NCBI RefSeq assembly: GCF_003334765.1 | Contig: NZ_QOWT01000002.1 | Strand: one strand, 5' to 3' | DNA length: 64,000 nt | Source: Escherichia coli | GTDB lineage: Bacteria > Pseudomonadota > Gammaproteobacteria > Enterobacterales > Enterobacteriaceae | Part shown: positions 23,004 through 36,606 of the stretch, one piece after another | How positions within the stretch are numbered: position 1 is the stretch's first letter | Layout: each line of letters opens with the position of its first letter | Notes under the pieces: generated by a model | What the model was told of the DNA's origin: nothing | Databases searched by the model: none | Seen by the model: the letters and a program-made list of their open reading frames with translations, nothing else | Program-made: the position numbers and the translations under genes

Positions 23004-23090
23004 GGCGATCTTTATTCCTTGTAAAAGTCCCGTCAGGACCGGATTTTCAACGAATTCTCACGACAGAAAATTCTCTTCGGACTGGGGGTA

Positions 23091-23129
23091 GTGTCGGATG
23101 CACCGCGAAGGCGGCTTATCCGACCTACG
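23091..23129. repeat. REP (repetitive extragenic palindromic) element in the nuoM-nuoL intergenic gap
   Basis: Imperfect palindrome GTGTCGGATGCACCGCGAAGGCGGCTTATCCGACCTACG resembling the E. coli REP consensus. Confidence 0.7.
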
Positions 23130-23166
23130 TTCTTATATGCCCAGGGGCAATCCCACAATCCTTAAC

Positions 23167-25008
23167 TCAACGCAGTACCATCAACAGTGCCAGCACCACG
23201 ACCGCACCGATGCTCATGGATGCCACATACCAGCGCAGATAGCCGTTCTCACTTAACAGCAGACCTTTACCTGCAAAGCGGGAAAGGACAGCCGGGATGT
23301 TCATCATTGAGTTCAGCGGATCGCGTTTCAGCAACCAGGCAATACCCAGGAACGGCTTGACGAACACTTTGTCATACAGCCAGTCAAATCCCCAGGCGTT
23401 GTACCACCAGGTGCCCAGCAGACGGCCCGGCGCACTGTTGGCGATGGAGGTCACCAGAGTACGTTTACCCAGCCACAGCCAGGCTGCCAGCAGAATGCCG
23501 ACCACCGCGACCACGCCAGAGGTAATTTCCAGGGTCAACATGCTGCCGTGCGCCAGTTCCGTCGTTTGCGGAAGCACGCCCTGCAGCGGCGGTACAATCA
23601 GTGCGCCAACGAAGGTGGAAAGGATCAGCAGCACAATCAGCGGCAGGCTGTGAGTTACCCCTTTCACGGCGTGAGCGTGAATTTGTTCTTTTCCGTGGAA
23701 GACGATGAAAATCATACGGAAGGTGTAGAGCGAGGTCATAAACGCACCGACCAGACCTGCCACCATCAGATTGATATGACCATTCGCCATCGCACCCGCG
23801 AGGATCTCATCCTTACTGAAGAAGCCCGCAGTGACCAGCGGTAGTGCCGACAGTGCTGCGCCGCCCACCAGGAAGCAGAGATAAACCAGCGGAATAGATT
23901 TACGCAGACCGCCCATCTTGAAGATGTTCTGTTCGTGATGGCAGGCCAGAATGACGGAACCGGATGCCAGGAACAGCAGCGCTTTAAAGAACGCGTGGGT
24001 CATCAAGTGGAAAATCGCCGCATCCCATGCCTGCACGCCAAGCGCGAGGAACATGTAGCCAATCTGGCTCATGGTAGAGTAAGCGAGAACACGTTTGATG
24101 TCGGTCTGTACCAGCGCGGCAAAACCGGCCAGCAGCAGCGTAACCGCCCCGACAATACCCACCAGATGCAGAACTTCCGGCGTCATCAGGAACAGGCCGT
24201 GGGTACGGGCGATCAGGTAGACACCCGCGGTTACCATGGTTGCGGCGTGGATCAGCGCGGAGACAGGCGTCGGGCCCGCCATCGCGTCGGCAAGCCATGT
24301 CTGCAACGGCAACTGCGCAGATTTACCGACCGCACCGCCCAGCAGCATCAGCGTCGCCCACATCAGCATGTTATTGCCGTCAGCAAAGTGCGCTGGTGCC
24401 AGTTCCACCATTTCGCGGAAGTTCAGGGTGCCCAGTTCGTTGTAAAGAATGAACAGTGCGAAAGCGAGGAACACGTCACCCACACGGGTCACGACGAACG
24501 CTTTCATTGCCGCTGCGCCATTCTTCGGATCGGTGTAATAGAACCCGATCAGCAGATAGGAGCACAGGCCCACGCCTTCCCAGCCGAGGTACATCAGCAG
24601 CAGGTTGTCGGCAAGCACCAGAACCACCATGCTGGCGATGAACAGGTTGGTGTAAGCGAAGAAGCGAGAGTAGCCCTCTTCACCGCGCATATACCAGGAG
24701 GCGTACATGTGAATAAGGAAACCCACACCAGTGACCACCGAGAGCATGGTCAGCGACAGGCCGTCCAGCACCAGGTTAAAACCGATGTTAAAGTCGCCTA
24801 CCGACATCCACGTCCACAGCGGCTGGCTGTATGTCTGCTCGCCGTTAGCGAAGAAATCAACGCCGATAAAGGCGGTTACCAGCGCCGCCAGGCCCACAGA
24901 GCCTACGCCGACGATCGCCGAGACGTTTTCAGACCAGCGCCCACGGGAGAATGCCAGCAGGACGAAGCCAATCAATGGCAAAATAATGGTTAAGGCAAGC
25001 ATGTTCAT
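23167..25008 (-). CDS. nuoL: NADH:quinone oxidoreductase subunit L (antiporter-like)
   Basis: 613-aa membrane protein; start overlaps nuoK stop by 4 nt. Confidence 0.96.
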
Positions 25009-25307
25009 CCGCGCATCTCACTTACTGAATCGATGTTCAGGTTCTGGCGACGACGGTGAAGTTGCAGCAGCAGCGCAAGGCCGATACTCGCTTCTGCCGC
25101 CGCGAGGCTGATGGCGAGAATGTACATCACCTGACCGTCGGTCTGGCCCCAGTAGCTTCCGGCGACCACGAAGGCCAGCGCGGAGGCGTTAATCATGATT
25201 TCCAGACCAATCAACATAAACAGCAGATTGCGACGGATAACCAGACCGGTTAAGCCAAGAACGAATAAGATTGCCGCGAGGATCAGTCCATGTTGTAAGG
25301 GGATCAT
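25005..25307 (-). CDS. nuoK: NADH:quinone oxidoreductase subunit K
   Basis: 100-aa membrane protein; overlaps nuoL and nuoJ by 4 nt each. Confidence 0.95.
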
Positions 25308-25858
25308 GCGTGCTCCTCCGTTTTTCTTTTCGCGCTGTCGTCTTTACGATTGCTCAGCACTTCACCCGCACGCTCTTCACGACCGACGTGGAAGGCCACA
25401 ACCAGACCTGCGAGCAGCAGCATAGAAGCCAGTTCCACCGCCAGTACGTAAGGCCCGAACAGCGTAATACCCACTGCTTTAGCACTGATTGGCGTACCGT
25501 CGATACCCTGATCGTTAACACCGAGGATGGCGTAAACAATCACCACCAGCATGATGGCCGACAAAATTGCCGGACCAATCCACACCTGCGGTTTCAGCCA
25601 CTGGCGTTCCTGTTCGATTTCTGAACCGCCCAGGTTGAGCATCATCACCACGAACACGAACAGCACCATAATGGCACCCGCGTAGACGATAATTTCCAGC
25701 GCACCGGCGAAGTAAGCGCCCAGTGAGAAGAACACCCCGGAAATCGCCAGCAGCGAAATAATCAGGTACAGCAGTGCGTGTACCGGATTGGTATGGGTGA
25801 TCACTCGCAAGGTCGCAAGTATGGCTATCAGGCCACAGATATAAAAAGCGAACTCCAT
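25304..25858 (-). CDS. nuoJ: NADH:quinone oxidoreductase subunit J
   Basis: 184-aa membrane protein; operon context. Confidence 0.95.
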
Positions 25859-25869
25859 TGCCCCTCTCC

Positions 25870-26412
25870 TTACGGTAACAGGCTCTTGACGTCGATAGGC
25901 TTGGCTTCGTTCTCTGCTTCGCCCTTATCTTTGCCGTCGATTGCCATACCTGCCATCCGGTAGAAGTTATATTCCGGGTATTTGCCCGGACCGGAGATCA
26001 GCAGATCCTCTTTCTCGTAAACCAGATCCTGGCGCTTGTATTCCCCCATTTCGAAATCCGGGGTTAACTGAATCGCCGTGGTCGGACAGGCTTCTTCGCA
26101 CAGACCACAGAAAATGCAGCGTGAGAAGTTGATGCGGAAAAATTCCGGGTACCAGCGACCGTCTTTGGTTTCTGCTTTTTGCAGCGAGATACAGCCGACC
26201 GGGCAGGCTACCGCGCAGAGGTTACAGGCTACGCAACGCTCTTCGCCGTCCGGGTCGCGGGTCAGAACGATACGACCACGATAACGGGGCGGCAGATAGA
26301 CCGGCTCTTCCGGGTACATTCGCGTTTCGCGTTTGGCGAACGCGTGCAGGCCGATCATCCAGATACTACGAACCTGGGTGCCGAAACCTACTAACAATTC
26401 TTTTAAGGTCAT
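25870..26412 (-). CDS. nuoI: NADH:quinone oxidoreductase subunit I (2x[4Fe-4S] ferredoxin)
   Basis: 180-aa ORF with two Cys clusters CxxCxxCxxxCP ([12 protein letters not shown] and [12 protein letters not shown]). Confidence 0.96.
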
Positions 26413-26426
26413 GGTCTTATTGCCCC

Positions 26427-27404
26427 TTATTGCGCCTGCCAGAGAATGACAGCCGCCGTTACCAGCAAGTTGATCAGCGTCAGCGGCAGGCAGATTTTCC
26501 AGCCGAAGGACATTACCTGGTCATAACGCGGACGCGGTAACGACGCACGAATCAAAATGAACATCATCATAAAGAACGCGGTTTTCAGCGCGAACCAGAT
26601 GAATGGCGGTAACAACGGGCCTTGCCAGCCACCGAAGAACAGCGTCACCATCAATGCAGAGATGGTCACAATCCCGATGTACTCACCCACGAAGAACAGA
26701 CCGAACTTCATACCGGAATATTCAATGTGGTAACCATCCGCCAGTTCCTGCTCGGCTTCCGGCTGGTCAAACGGGTGACGGTGACATACCGCCACGCCCG
26801 CGATGGCAAAGGTAATAAAACCAAAGAATTGCGGGATAACGTTCCACACATGCGCCTGGCTGTTGACGATGTCGGTCATGTTGAATGAACCGGCCTGCGC
26901 CACCACGCCCATCAAGGAAAGCCCGAGGAACACTTCGTAGCTCAGGGTCTGCGCAGAAGCACGCATCGCACCCAGCAACGAGTATTTGTTGTTACTTGAC
27001 CAGCCCGCAAACAGCACCGCGTAAACCGCCAGACCTGCCATCATCAGGAAGAACAAAATCCCGATGTTCAGGTCGGCAACCACCCAACCCGGACTGACTG
27101 GCACAATCGCAAAGGCCAGCAGCAGCGAGGTAAAGGCAATCATCGGTGCCAGGGTAAAGATGACGCGATCCGAGAATTTCGGGATCCAGTCTTCTTTAAA
27201 GAACATTTTGATCATGTCCGCAACCAGCTGGAGCGAACCGCCCCAGCCAACACGGTTAGGTCCGTAACGGTTCTGGAACAGACCCAGCAGGCGACGTTCG
27301 CCAAAGCTCATGAATGCCCCGCAGGTGACAACCACCAGCAGGATCACCACCGCTTTGAGGATGGTCAGCAGGATCTCAATCAGTTCCGGTGATATCCAAC
27401 TCAT
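26427..27404 (-). CDS. nuoH: NADH:quinone oxidoreductase subunit H
   Basis: 325-aa membrane protein; start overlaps nuoG stop by 4 nt. Confidence 0.96.
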
Positions 27405-30127
27405 TGTTGTGCCTCCTTGAGATCCTCAAGATGCGCGCCAGCCAGCACCGGAGCAATGCCGGACATACCCATCGGCAAGCCCACCTGCCCTGCCGTCAGT
27501 CCTTCGGCGATTTCAACCGGCAGCGTGACCGTGTTGCCATCGTAACTAAAGGAGACGCGTGTACCTGCGTTCACACCCAACTTCGCGGCATCCGCTGGGT
27601 TGAGTTTGATGTACGGCTGCGGCATACGGCTCTGGAAGACCGGAGCACGCTGTGACAATTCATCGCTGCCAAACAGGTGGTAATACGGCGCGATACGCCA
27701 TTTCCCGTCCTGCGGCTGGAAGCGTGCCGGTACGCTGGTGAAGTAATCCAGACCATTTTCGCTGGTTTCAAACAGACGCACGCCCGGATCGCCAAAGCGC
27801 AGTTTGCCGCCCACTTCGTCCTGGAATTTGTTCCACGCCTGCGGGGAGTTCCAGCCCGGCGCCCAGGCAAACGGCACTTGCGAACGGTGCGCAGTCGGCT
27901 GGTTGTTACCTTCCATCGAGAAGGTGAACATGGTGTCAATATCCTGCGGCTGACGCGGCTCATGAACGCTGATATTGGCGCGCATGGCGGTACGACCGCT
28001 GTAACGGTGCGGTTCACGGGCCAGTTTCTGCCCACGAATACGGAATGTCGCATCCGGCGCAGCATCTTTGATACCTGCCAGTTCCGGGATTTTCGCCACA
28101 ACAGCGTCAATCACATGGTCGAGCTGCGTCCAGTCCACTTCACGGCTCAGCAGGGTGCTGTGCAGCGAGTGTAACCAGCGCCAGCTTTCCAGCATGACAG
28201 TTTTGCTGTCGTAATAAGCAGGATCGTAAACCTGGAAGAAACGTTGGGCGCGGCCTTCGTTGTTGATCACCGTACCGTCGCTTTCAGCAAAGCTGGCAGC
28301 AGAAAGTACCAGATGGGCGTTTTCCATAATCGCTGTGCGTTGATGATCAACCACCATCACCAGCGGTGCTTTAGCCAGCGCAGCATTCACGCGGATAGCA
28401 GAAGCGTGACGATGCAGATCGTTTTCCAACACCACCACCGCGTCGGCGCGTCCGGTTTCCAGTTCGGTTAACGCTTCTTCAAGCGAACCGCCACCCATAA
28501 TGCCCAGCCCCATGCTGTTGACGGAACGGGCAATCATGGTGATACCGACGTCAGCGCCGCGACCTTTCAGGGCTTTCGCGACGTTAGCCGCCGCCTGAAT
28601 CACCTCTAAGCTACCGGCGTTCGTCCCGGAGATAATCAACGGTTTCTTCGCACCTGCCAGTGCCTGCACGATGACGTCGATTTTGCTTTGCAGCTCAGGT
28701 TCGATACCGTCAACCGCTGGTGCAGAGTTATCCAGCGCATGGGCGATGGCAAAACCTAAACGCGCCTGATCTTCAACCGGTGCGCGGTAAGTCCACGCCG
28801 CGATATCATCCAGACGGGTGTCATCAACGTTGGTAACAAACAGCGGATGCTTCGCACGTTGACCGATGTTGAGGATTGCCGCAATCTGCCAGTCAGCCAC
28901 TTTCTGTGCTGCCGCCATTTCGCGCGCTTTACCTTTCACAGCCTGACGCACTGCCAGCGCGACGCGCGCGCCGGTCTGGGTAACGTCTTCGCCCAGCACC
29001 AGTACCGCATCGTAAGATTCGATTTCGCGCAGAGCCGGAGTATAAATGCCGCCTTCACGCAGCACTTTCAGCGCCAGTTGCAGACGTTCCTGCTCACCGT
29101 GAGCGATACCGGTGTAGAAGTTTTCTTCGCCCACCAGTTCACGCAGCGCAAAGTTGCTTTCCACGCTGGCACGCGGAGAACCAATACCGATCACTTTCTT
29201 CGACTGACGCAGAATATCTGCCGCGCCCTGCATTGCCTGTTCGGCGTTGAGGGTAATGAAATCATCGCCACGACGCTGTACTGGCTGACGCGGACGATCC
29301 TTCAGGTTGACGTAACCGTAACCGAAACGACCACGGTCGCAGAGGAAGTAGTGGTTTACCGTACCGTTGTAACGGTTTTCGATACGACGCAGTTCGCCGT
29401 AACGTTCACCGGGGCTGATGTTACAGCCGATGGAACATTGCTGGCAGATGCTCGGCGCAAACTGCATATCCCATTTACGGTTGTAACGCTCGGAGTGCGT
29501 TTTGTCGGTAAATACGCCGGTCGGGCAAATTTCGACCAGGTTACCGGAAAATTCGCTTTCCAGCGTGCCGTCTTCCGGGCGACCGAAGTAGACGTTGTCG
29601 TGCGCACCGTAAACGCCCAGATCTGTACCGTCAGCGTAATCTTTGTAGTAACGCACACAGCGGTAGCAGGCGATGCAGCGGTTCATTTCGTGAGAGATGA
29701 ATGGCCCCAAATCCTGATTACGGTGGGTACGTTTGGTGAAACGGTAGCGACGGAAGCTGTGTCCGGTCATCACAGTCATATCCTGAAGATGGCAGTTACC
29801 GCCCTCTTCACATACCGGACAGTCGTGCGGGTGGTTGGTCATCAACCACTCGACCACGCTTTCACGGAACTGTTTCGCTTCTTCGTCGTCAATGGAAATA
29901 AAGGTGCCATCGGAAGCCGGTGTCATACAGGACATCACCAGGCGACCACGCGTGTCTTCCGCGTTTTGGTATTGCTTCACCGCACACTGGCGGCAAGCAC
30001 CGACACTTCCCAGCGCCGGATGCCAGCAAAAGTAAGGAATATCAAGGCCCAGAGACAGACAAGCTTCCAGCAGGTTGTCCGCTCCGTTGACCTCGTATTC
30101 TTTGCCGTCTACATGAATTGTAGCCAT
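27401..30127 (-). CDS. nuoG: NADH:quinone oxidoreductase subunit G (Fe-S, molybdopterin-like fold)
   Basis: 908-aa protein starting MATIHVDG with N-terminal 2Fe-2S Cys cluster; ORF track has two extra N-terminal codons (start 30133). Confidence 0.95.
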
Positions 30128-30179
30128 TAGCATGCTTCCAGTTTTCTCAGTCAGAGACTGAGCGTTAATCGAAATTCGG

Positions 30180-31517
30180 TTACCAGCGCTCTTTCAGCAG
30201 GTTCGGCTGAATCCCATTAATCAAATGGGTATTGCTGAACGGCTGTTTGATTCCCGCCTCAAATTCTTCGCGGAAATATTTGATGGCGCTCTGTAACGGC
30301 TCCACTGCACCAGGTGCGTGGGCACAGAAAGTTTTACCCGGGCCTAAGAATCGACACAGTTGCTCAAGTGTTTCGATATCGCCCGGCTGACCTTCACCAC
30401 GCTCCAGCGCACGCAGAATTTTCACGCTCCACGGCAGACCGTCGCGGCACGGCGTACACCAGCCGCAGGACTCACGGGCGAAAAACTCTTCCAGGTTACG
30501 CACCAGCGACACCATGTTGATCTCATGGTCAACCGCCATCGCCAGCGCCGTACCCAGACGGCTGCCCGCTTTACCGATACTTTCGAATTCCATCGGCAGA
30601 TCAAGGTGCGCTTCGGTCAGGAAGTCAGTCCCCGCGCCGCCTGGCTGCCAGGCTTTAAATTTCAGACCATCACGCATACCACCGGCGTAATCTTCGAGGA
30701 TCTCGCGTGCGGTGGTGCCGAACGGCAGTTCCCACAGTCCCGGATTTTTCACCCGACCGGAGAAGCCCATCAGCTTGGTGCCAGCATCTTTACTTTTCGA
30801 GATGTTCTGATACCACTCCACGCCGTTAGCGAGGATCGCCGGAACGTTACACAGGGTTTCGACGTTGTTGACACAGGTCGGTTTACCCCATGCGCCGGAG
30901 GTTGCCGGGAAGGGTGGCTTCGAGCGTGGGTTAGCACGACGTCCTTCCAGGGAGTTGATTAACGCTGTTTCTTCCCCGCAGATGTAGCGCCCTGCCCCGG
31001 TATGGACGAACAGTTCGAAATCGAAACCTGTTCCCATAATGTTTTTGCCAAGCAGACCCGCTTCGGTGGCTTCGGCAATGGCACGGCGCAGATTAACTGC
31101 CGCTTCGATATATTCGCCACGCAGGAAGATGTAGCCACGGTAAGCTTTCAGCGCAAACGCGGAGATGAGCATACCTTCCACCAGCAGGTGCGGCAGTTGC
31201 TCCATCAACAGGCGGTCTTTATAGGTGCCCGGCTCCATTTCATCGGCATTACACAGCAGGTAACGGATGTTCATGGATTCGTCTTTCGGCATCAGGCTCC
31301 ATTTCAGGCCAGTCGAGAAGCCCGCGCCGCCGCGCCCTTTCAGACCAGCGTCTTTTACCTGATTAACGATTTCGTCCGGAGACAGCCCGGTCAGCGCCTT
31401 ACGCGCGCCTTCGTAACCGTTTTTGCTGCGGTATTCGTCCAGCCACACTGGCTGTTTGTCATCGCGCAGACGCCAGGTCAGCGGATGCGTTTCGGGAGTA
31501 CGGATAATGTTTTTCAT
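30180..31517 (-). CDS. nuoF: NADH:quinone oxidoreductase subunit F (NADH/FMN binding, 4Fe-4S)
   Basis: 445-aa ORF with nucleotide-binding motif [19 protein letters not shown] and C-terminal Cys cluster; overlaps nuoE start by 4 nt. Confidence 0.96.
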   Translation of the reverse strand: MKNIIRTPETHPLTWRLRDDKQPVWLDEYRSKNGYEGARKALTGLSPDEIVNQVKDAGLKGRGGAGFSTGLKWSLMPKDESMNIRYLLCNADEMEPGTYKDRLLMEQLPHLLVEGMLISAFALKAYRGYIFLRGEYIEAAVNLRRAIAEATEAGLLGKNIMGTGFDFELFVHTGAGRYICGEETALINSLEGRRANPRSKPPFPATSGAWGKPTCVNNVETLCNVPAILANGVEWYQNISKSKDAGTKLMGFSGRVKNPGLWELPFGTTAREILEDYAGGMRDGLKFKAWQPGGAGTDFLTEAHLDLPMEFESIGKAGSRLGTALAMAVDHEINMVSLVRNLEEFFARESCGWCTPCRDGLPWSVKILRALERGEGQPGDIETLEQLCRFLGPGKTFCAHAPGAVEPLQSAIKYFREEFEAGIKQPFSNTHLINGIQPNLLKERW

Positions 31518-32014
31518 TTATACCGCTCCAGCAGTTCAGGGATCGCTTCCGGGGTCAGATGCGCGTGAGTGTCCTCATCGATCATCATGTTTGGCCCTTT
31601 ATCACAGTTCCCCAGGCAGCAAGTTGGCAGCAGCGTAAAGCGGCCATCAAATGTCGTTTGCCCTGGTTTGATGTTCAGCTTTTTCTCGAGCGCCGCCTGA
31701 ATACCCTGATAACCGTTGATATGACAGACCACGCTGTCACAATAACGGATCACATGGCGACCAACCGGCTGGCGGAAGATCTGACTGTAGAACGTTGCCA
31801 CACCTTCGACGTCGCTTGCCGGAATACCCAGCACATCGGCGATCGCGTGGATCGCACCATCCGGCACCCAGCCACGCTGCTTCTGAACGATTTTCAGCGC
31901 TTCAATGGACGCCGCACGCGGGTCTTCGTAGTGGTGCATCTCGTGCTCGATCGCTTCACGCTCTGCCGCACTCAGCTCAAAAGCCTCGGTTTGTGGTTGT
32001 TGATTCTCGTGCAT
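31514..32014 (-). CDS. nuoE: NADH:quinone oxidoreductase subunit E (2Fe-2S)
   Basis: 166-aa ORF with Cys motif CDSVVC...[10 protein letters not shown]. Confidence 0.96.
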
Positions 32015-32016
32015 AA

Positions 32017-33819
32017 TTAGCGGTCCACATCTGACATAACAAAATCGATACTGCCCAGATAAACAATCAGGTCAGACACCAGGCTGCCGCGGATCGCCGC
32101 CGGAATTTGCTGCAAATGCGCAAAGCTCGGGGTACGAACACGGGTGCGGTAACTCATGGTGCTGCCGTCGCTGGTCAGGTAGTAACTGTTGATCCCTTTG
32201 GTCGCCTCAATCATCTGGAAAGATTCATTGGCAGGCATCACCGGACCCCACGACACTTGCAGGAAGTGGGTGATCAGGGTTTCGATATGTTGCAGCGTGC
32301 GCTCTTTCGGCGGCGGCGTGGTCAGCGGGTGATCCGCTTTGAACGGGCCTTCCGGCATGTTGTTGAGGCACTGCTCAAGAATGCGCAGACTCTGGCGCAG
32401 CTCTTCCACTTTAAGCATTACGCGGGTGTAGCAGTCAGAAACGCCACCACCCACCGGGATTTCAAAGTCGAAGTTTTCATAGCCAGAATAAGGACGCGCC
32501 TTACGCACGTCGAAGTCGATCCCGGTAGCACGCAGGCCCGCGCCAGTGGTGCCCCACTCCAGCGCCTCTTTCGCGCCATAGGCGGCAACGCCCTGGGAAC
32601 GACCTTTCAGAATGGTGTTTTGCAGCGCCGCTTTCTCGTAAGACGCCAGACGTTTCGGCATCCAGTCGAGGAACTCACGCAGCAGGCGATCCCAGCCGCG
32701 CGGCAGGTCGTGCGCTACGCCGCCAATACGGAACCACGCCGGGTGCATACGGAAACCAGTGATTGCTTCCACCAGATCGTAAATTTTCTGACGATCGGTA
32801 AAGGCGAAGAACACTGGCGTCATTGCGCCGACGTCCTGAATAAAGGTCGAGATATACAGCAGGTGACTGTTGATGCGGAACAGTTCGGAGAGCATAACGC
32901 GAATGACGTTAACGCGATCCGGCACGGTGATCCCGGCCAGTTTCTCTACCGCCAGCACGTAAGGCATTTCGTTAACGCAGCCGCCGAGGTATTCGATACG
33001 GTCAGTATACGGAATGTAGCTGTGCCAGGACTGGCGTTCGCCCATTTTCTCCGCACCACGGTGGTGGTAACCGATGTCTGGTACGCAGTCGACAATCTCT
33101 TCGCCATCGAGTTGCAAAACGATACGGAAAGCCCCGTGCGCCGACGGGTGGTTCGGACCGAGGTTGAGGAACATGAAGTCCTCGTTTTCGGTGCCGCGCT
33201 TCATCCCCCACTCTTCCGGTTTGAAGGTCAGGGCTTCCATCTCCAGATCCTGTTTGGCTTTGGTCAGCTCAAACGGCGAGAATTCGGTAGCGCGCGCCGG
33301 ATAATCTTTACGCAGCGGGTGACCTTTCCAGGTTTGCGGCATCATGATGCGTCGCAGGTTCGGGTGACCGTCGAAAGTAATGCCAAACAGATCCCAGGTT
33401 TCACGCTCATACCAGTTAGCGTTCGGGAACAGTTTGGTGAAGGTCGGTACGTGCAGGTCGTTTTCTGCCAGCGCCACCTTCAGCATGATGTCGCGGTTAC
33501 GATCGATAGAAATCAGATGGTAGAAAACGGAAAAATCCGCGGCAGGTAACCCTTCGCGGTGTGTGCGCAGACGTTCGTCCATGCCGTGTAAGTCAAACAG
33601 CATGACGTAAGGTTTCGGCAGTTTCTTTAAGAAATCGCCAACTTCCAGTAATTGTTCACGCTTGATCCACACAACGGGAACCCCGGTGCGAGTCGCCTGA
33701 ACAGTAAAGGCATCCGGCCCAAAACGGTTGCGCAGTTCGCCAATCACCGGATCATCAAGATGATCGCGGGTCTGCCAGGCGGGTTCTTGCGCGGTTAAGT
33801 CGGTCATATTGTTCACCAT
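32017..33819 (-). CDS. nuoC: NADH:quinone oxidoreductase fused subunit C/D
   Basis: 600-aa maximal ORF spanning both NuoC-like and NuoD-like halves; annotated start may be the ATG four codons downstream (33807). Confidence 0.93.
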
Positions 33820-33912
33820 TGCAAATGGTCCGTGGTGACTGTCGGCGCAGTAAGCTTCGCGAAATAGATTTAGGAATAAGCGAAGAAAAATCCCTTTGCC
33901 GACAGGCGCAAA

Positions 33913-34575
33913 TTAAATCTCGTCAGGTGTACGCAGGTTAGTTACGGCAATGCGTTCACCGCGCTTGCGTTCGCGCTCTGATTGCATATTGGCGCGATAA
34001 ACGCCCTGATCGCCAACCACCCAGGAGAGCGGACGACGTTCTTTGCCGATAGATTCCTGCAACAGCATCAGTGCCTGCATGTACGCTTCAGGACGCGGCG
34101 GGCAGCCCGGGATATACACATCAACCGGGATGAATTTATCGACGCCCTGCACAACGGAATAAATATCGTACATACCACCAGAGTTGGCACAGGCACCCAT
34201 TGAGATAACCCATTTTGGTTCCAGCATCTGGTCATACAGACGCTGAATAACCGGTGCCATTTTGGTAAAGCAGGTTCCTGCAACCACCATCAGGTCAGCC
34301 TGACGCGGCGAAGCACGCAATACTTCTGCGCCAAAACGCGCCACGTCATGCACCGCGGTAAACGAAGTCACCATCTCAACGTAACAGCAGGAAAGACCGA
34401 AGTTATACGGCCAAATTGAGTTTTTACGACCCCAGTTAACCATGTCATTGAGCTTGCCCATAAACACGTTTTTGTTAACTTCTTGCTCCAGAGGGTCGGT
34501 TACGATCTCCTGCTTTTGCAGGGGGTAACGGTCGTTCTCACCGTTGGGATCTATGCGGGTGAGCGTATAATCCAT
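33913..34575 (-). CDS. nuoB: NADH:quinone oxidoreductase subunit B (4Fe-4S N2)
   Basis: 220-aa ORF with CCYVEM and GCPP motifs. Confidence 0.96.
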
Positions 34576-34590
34576 CTTAATGCCTCGCGG

Positions 34591-35034
34591 TTAGCGTTGA
34601 CGATTAGCGATACTGTTCGTTTCCGGGTTCATACGCTCGCGGCGTGAACGCGCGGGCGTCCAGTCCAGCGCGCCAATACGCACCAGATAAACCAGACCTG
34701 CCAGTAACACAAAAATAAAAATTGCAGCTTCCACAAAGCCTACCCAGCCGCTTTCGCGGATAGAGGTTGACCATGCGAACAGATACAGCGCTTCAACGTC
34801 GAAGATAACGAAGAACATGGCCACCAGATAAAACTTGGCGGACAGGCGTAAGCGGGCGGAGCCGACCGAGTCGATACCGGATTCAAACGGCACGTTTTTC
34901 GACCTCGCGCGTGCGCGACCGCCTAAAAACCAACCGCCTACCAGCATCAGGCAACACAGGCCAATGGCAACGATAAGAAAGATAGCGAATGCCCAGTGAT
35001 GAGCGATGACTTCAGTGGATGTTGACATACTCAT
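34591..35034 (-). CDS. nuoA: NADH:quinone oxidoreductase subunit A
   Basis: 147-aa membrane protein; first gene of the operon, preceded by a 630-bp intergenic region. Confidence 0.95.
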
Positions 35035-35580
35035 TGCTTACTCATCAAAAGTAGCGCCAGATTCACTGCTCTTCACGGCAGATGGACGCCACATCGATTC
35101 ATGGGGAGGAATAAAAAAAACCTTACAATCACTGTAGAAATTCTTTTATACAGCTAATTGATGTGGTTTTTTACTCCTTTCTATAACCTTTTGTCAACTT
35201 TAACAAAAGTTTCTTCACATTAGTTTACATAATATCAACACCATTAGCATTTAATGCCCTTTCACCCCAGATCCTTGACGACTCCAGGATAATTAGATGT
35301 TGTTGAATCGTGTCCGTTGTGAAGCAATGGAAAAAATACGGGTCTATTTTGACAGGAATTTGTGTCGATTCCTCCCCCCAAAAGAGAGTATTTTCTTGAT
35401 CTGTGACACGCTTTTGTCATTCCATAACAAAAACGCAGCAACAAATTTACGTATTTTTTAACATCATTGTAGCAGGTGATTTTTTTCAGGCGATTATTTG
35501 TGCGTTCGGGACGTGAATCTCTGGTGGTTGAAAAATGAACAGTTTTGTACGTTCTGCACTATGCGATGAAGGATTTTTAC
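35035..35580 (-). promoter_or_regulatory. nuo operon promoter/leader region
   Basis: AT-rich intergenic region upstream of nuoA; individual sites not resolved by eye (a weak TTGACA-like -35 near 35192-35197 on the minus strand). Confidence 0.45.
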
Positions 35581-35581
35581 T

Positions 35582-35628
35582 AAAAAAAAGCCGCTGGGGT
35601 TTAAAACACCCCCAGCGGCTCGTTTTTT
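35582..35628. terminator. Bidirectional intrinsic terminator downstream of lrhA
   Basis: 11-bp stem AGCCGCTGGGG/CCCCAGCGGCT flanked by A8 upstream and T6 downstream, so it is U-tailed on both strands. Confidence 0.75.
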
Positions 35629-35664
35629 ACACTATTGTCTCAGGAATTATCTATCGTCCGTCGA

Positions 35665-36606
<942 letters not shown>

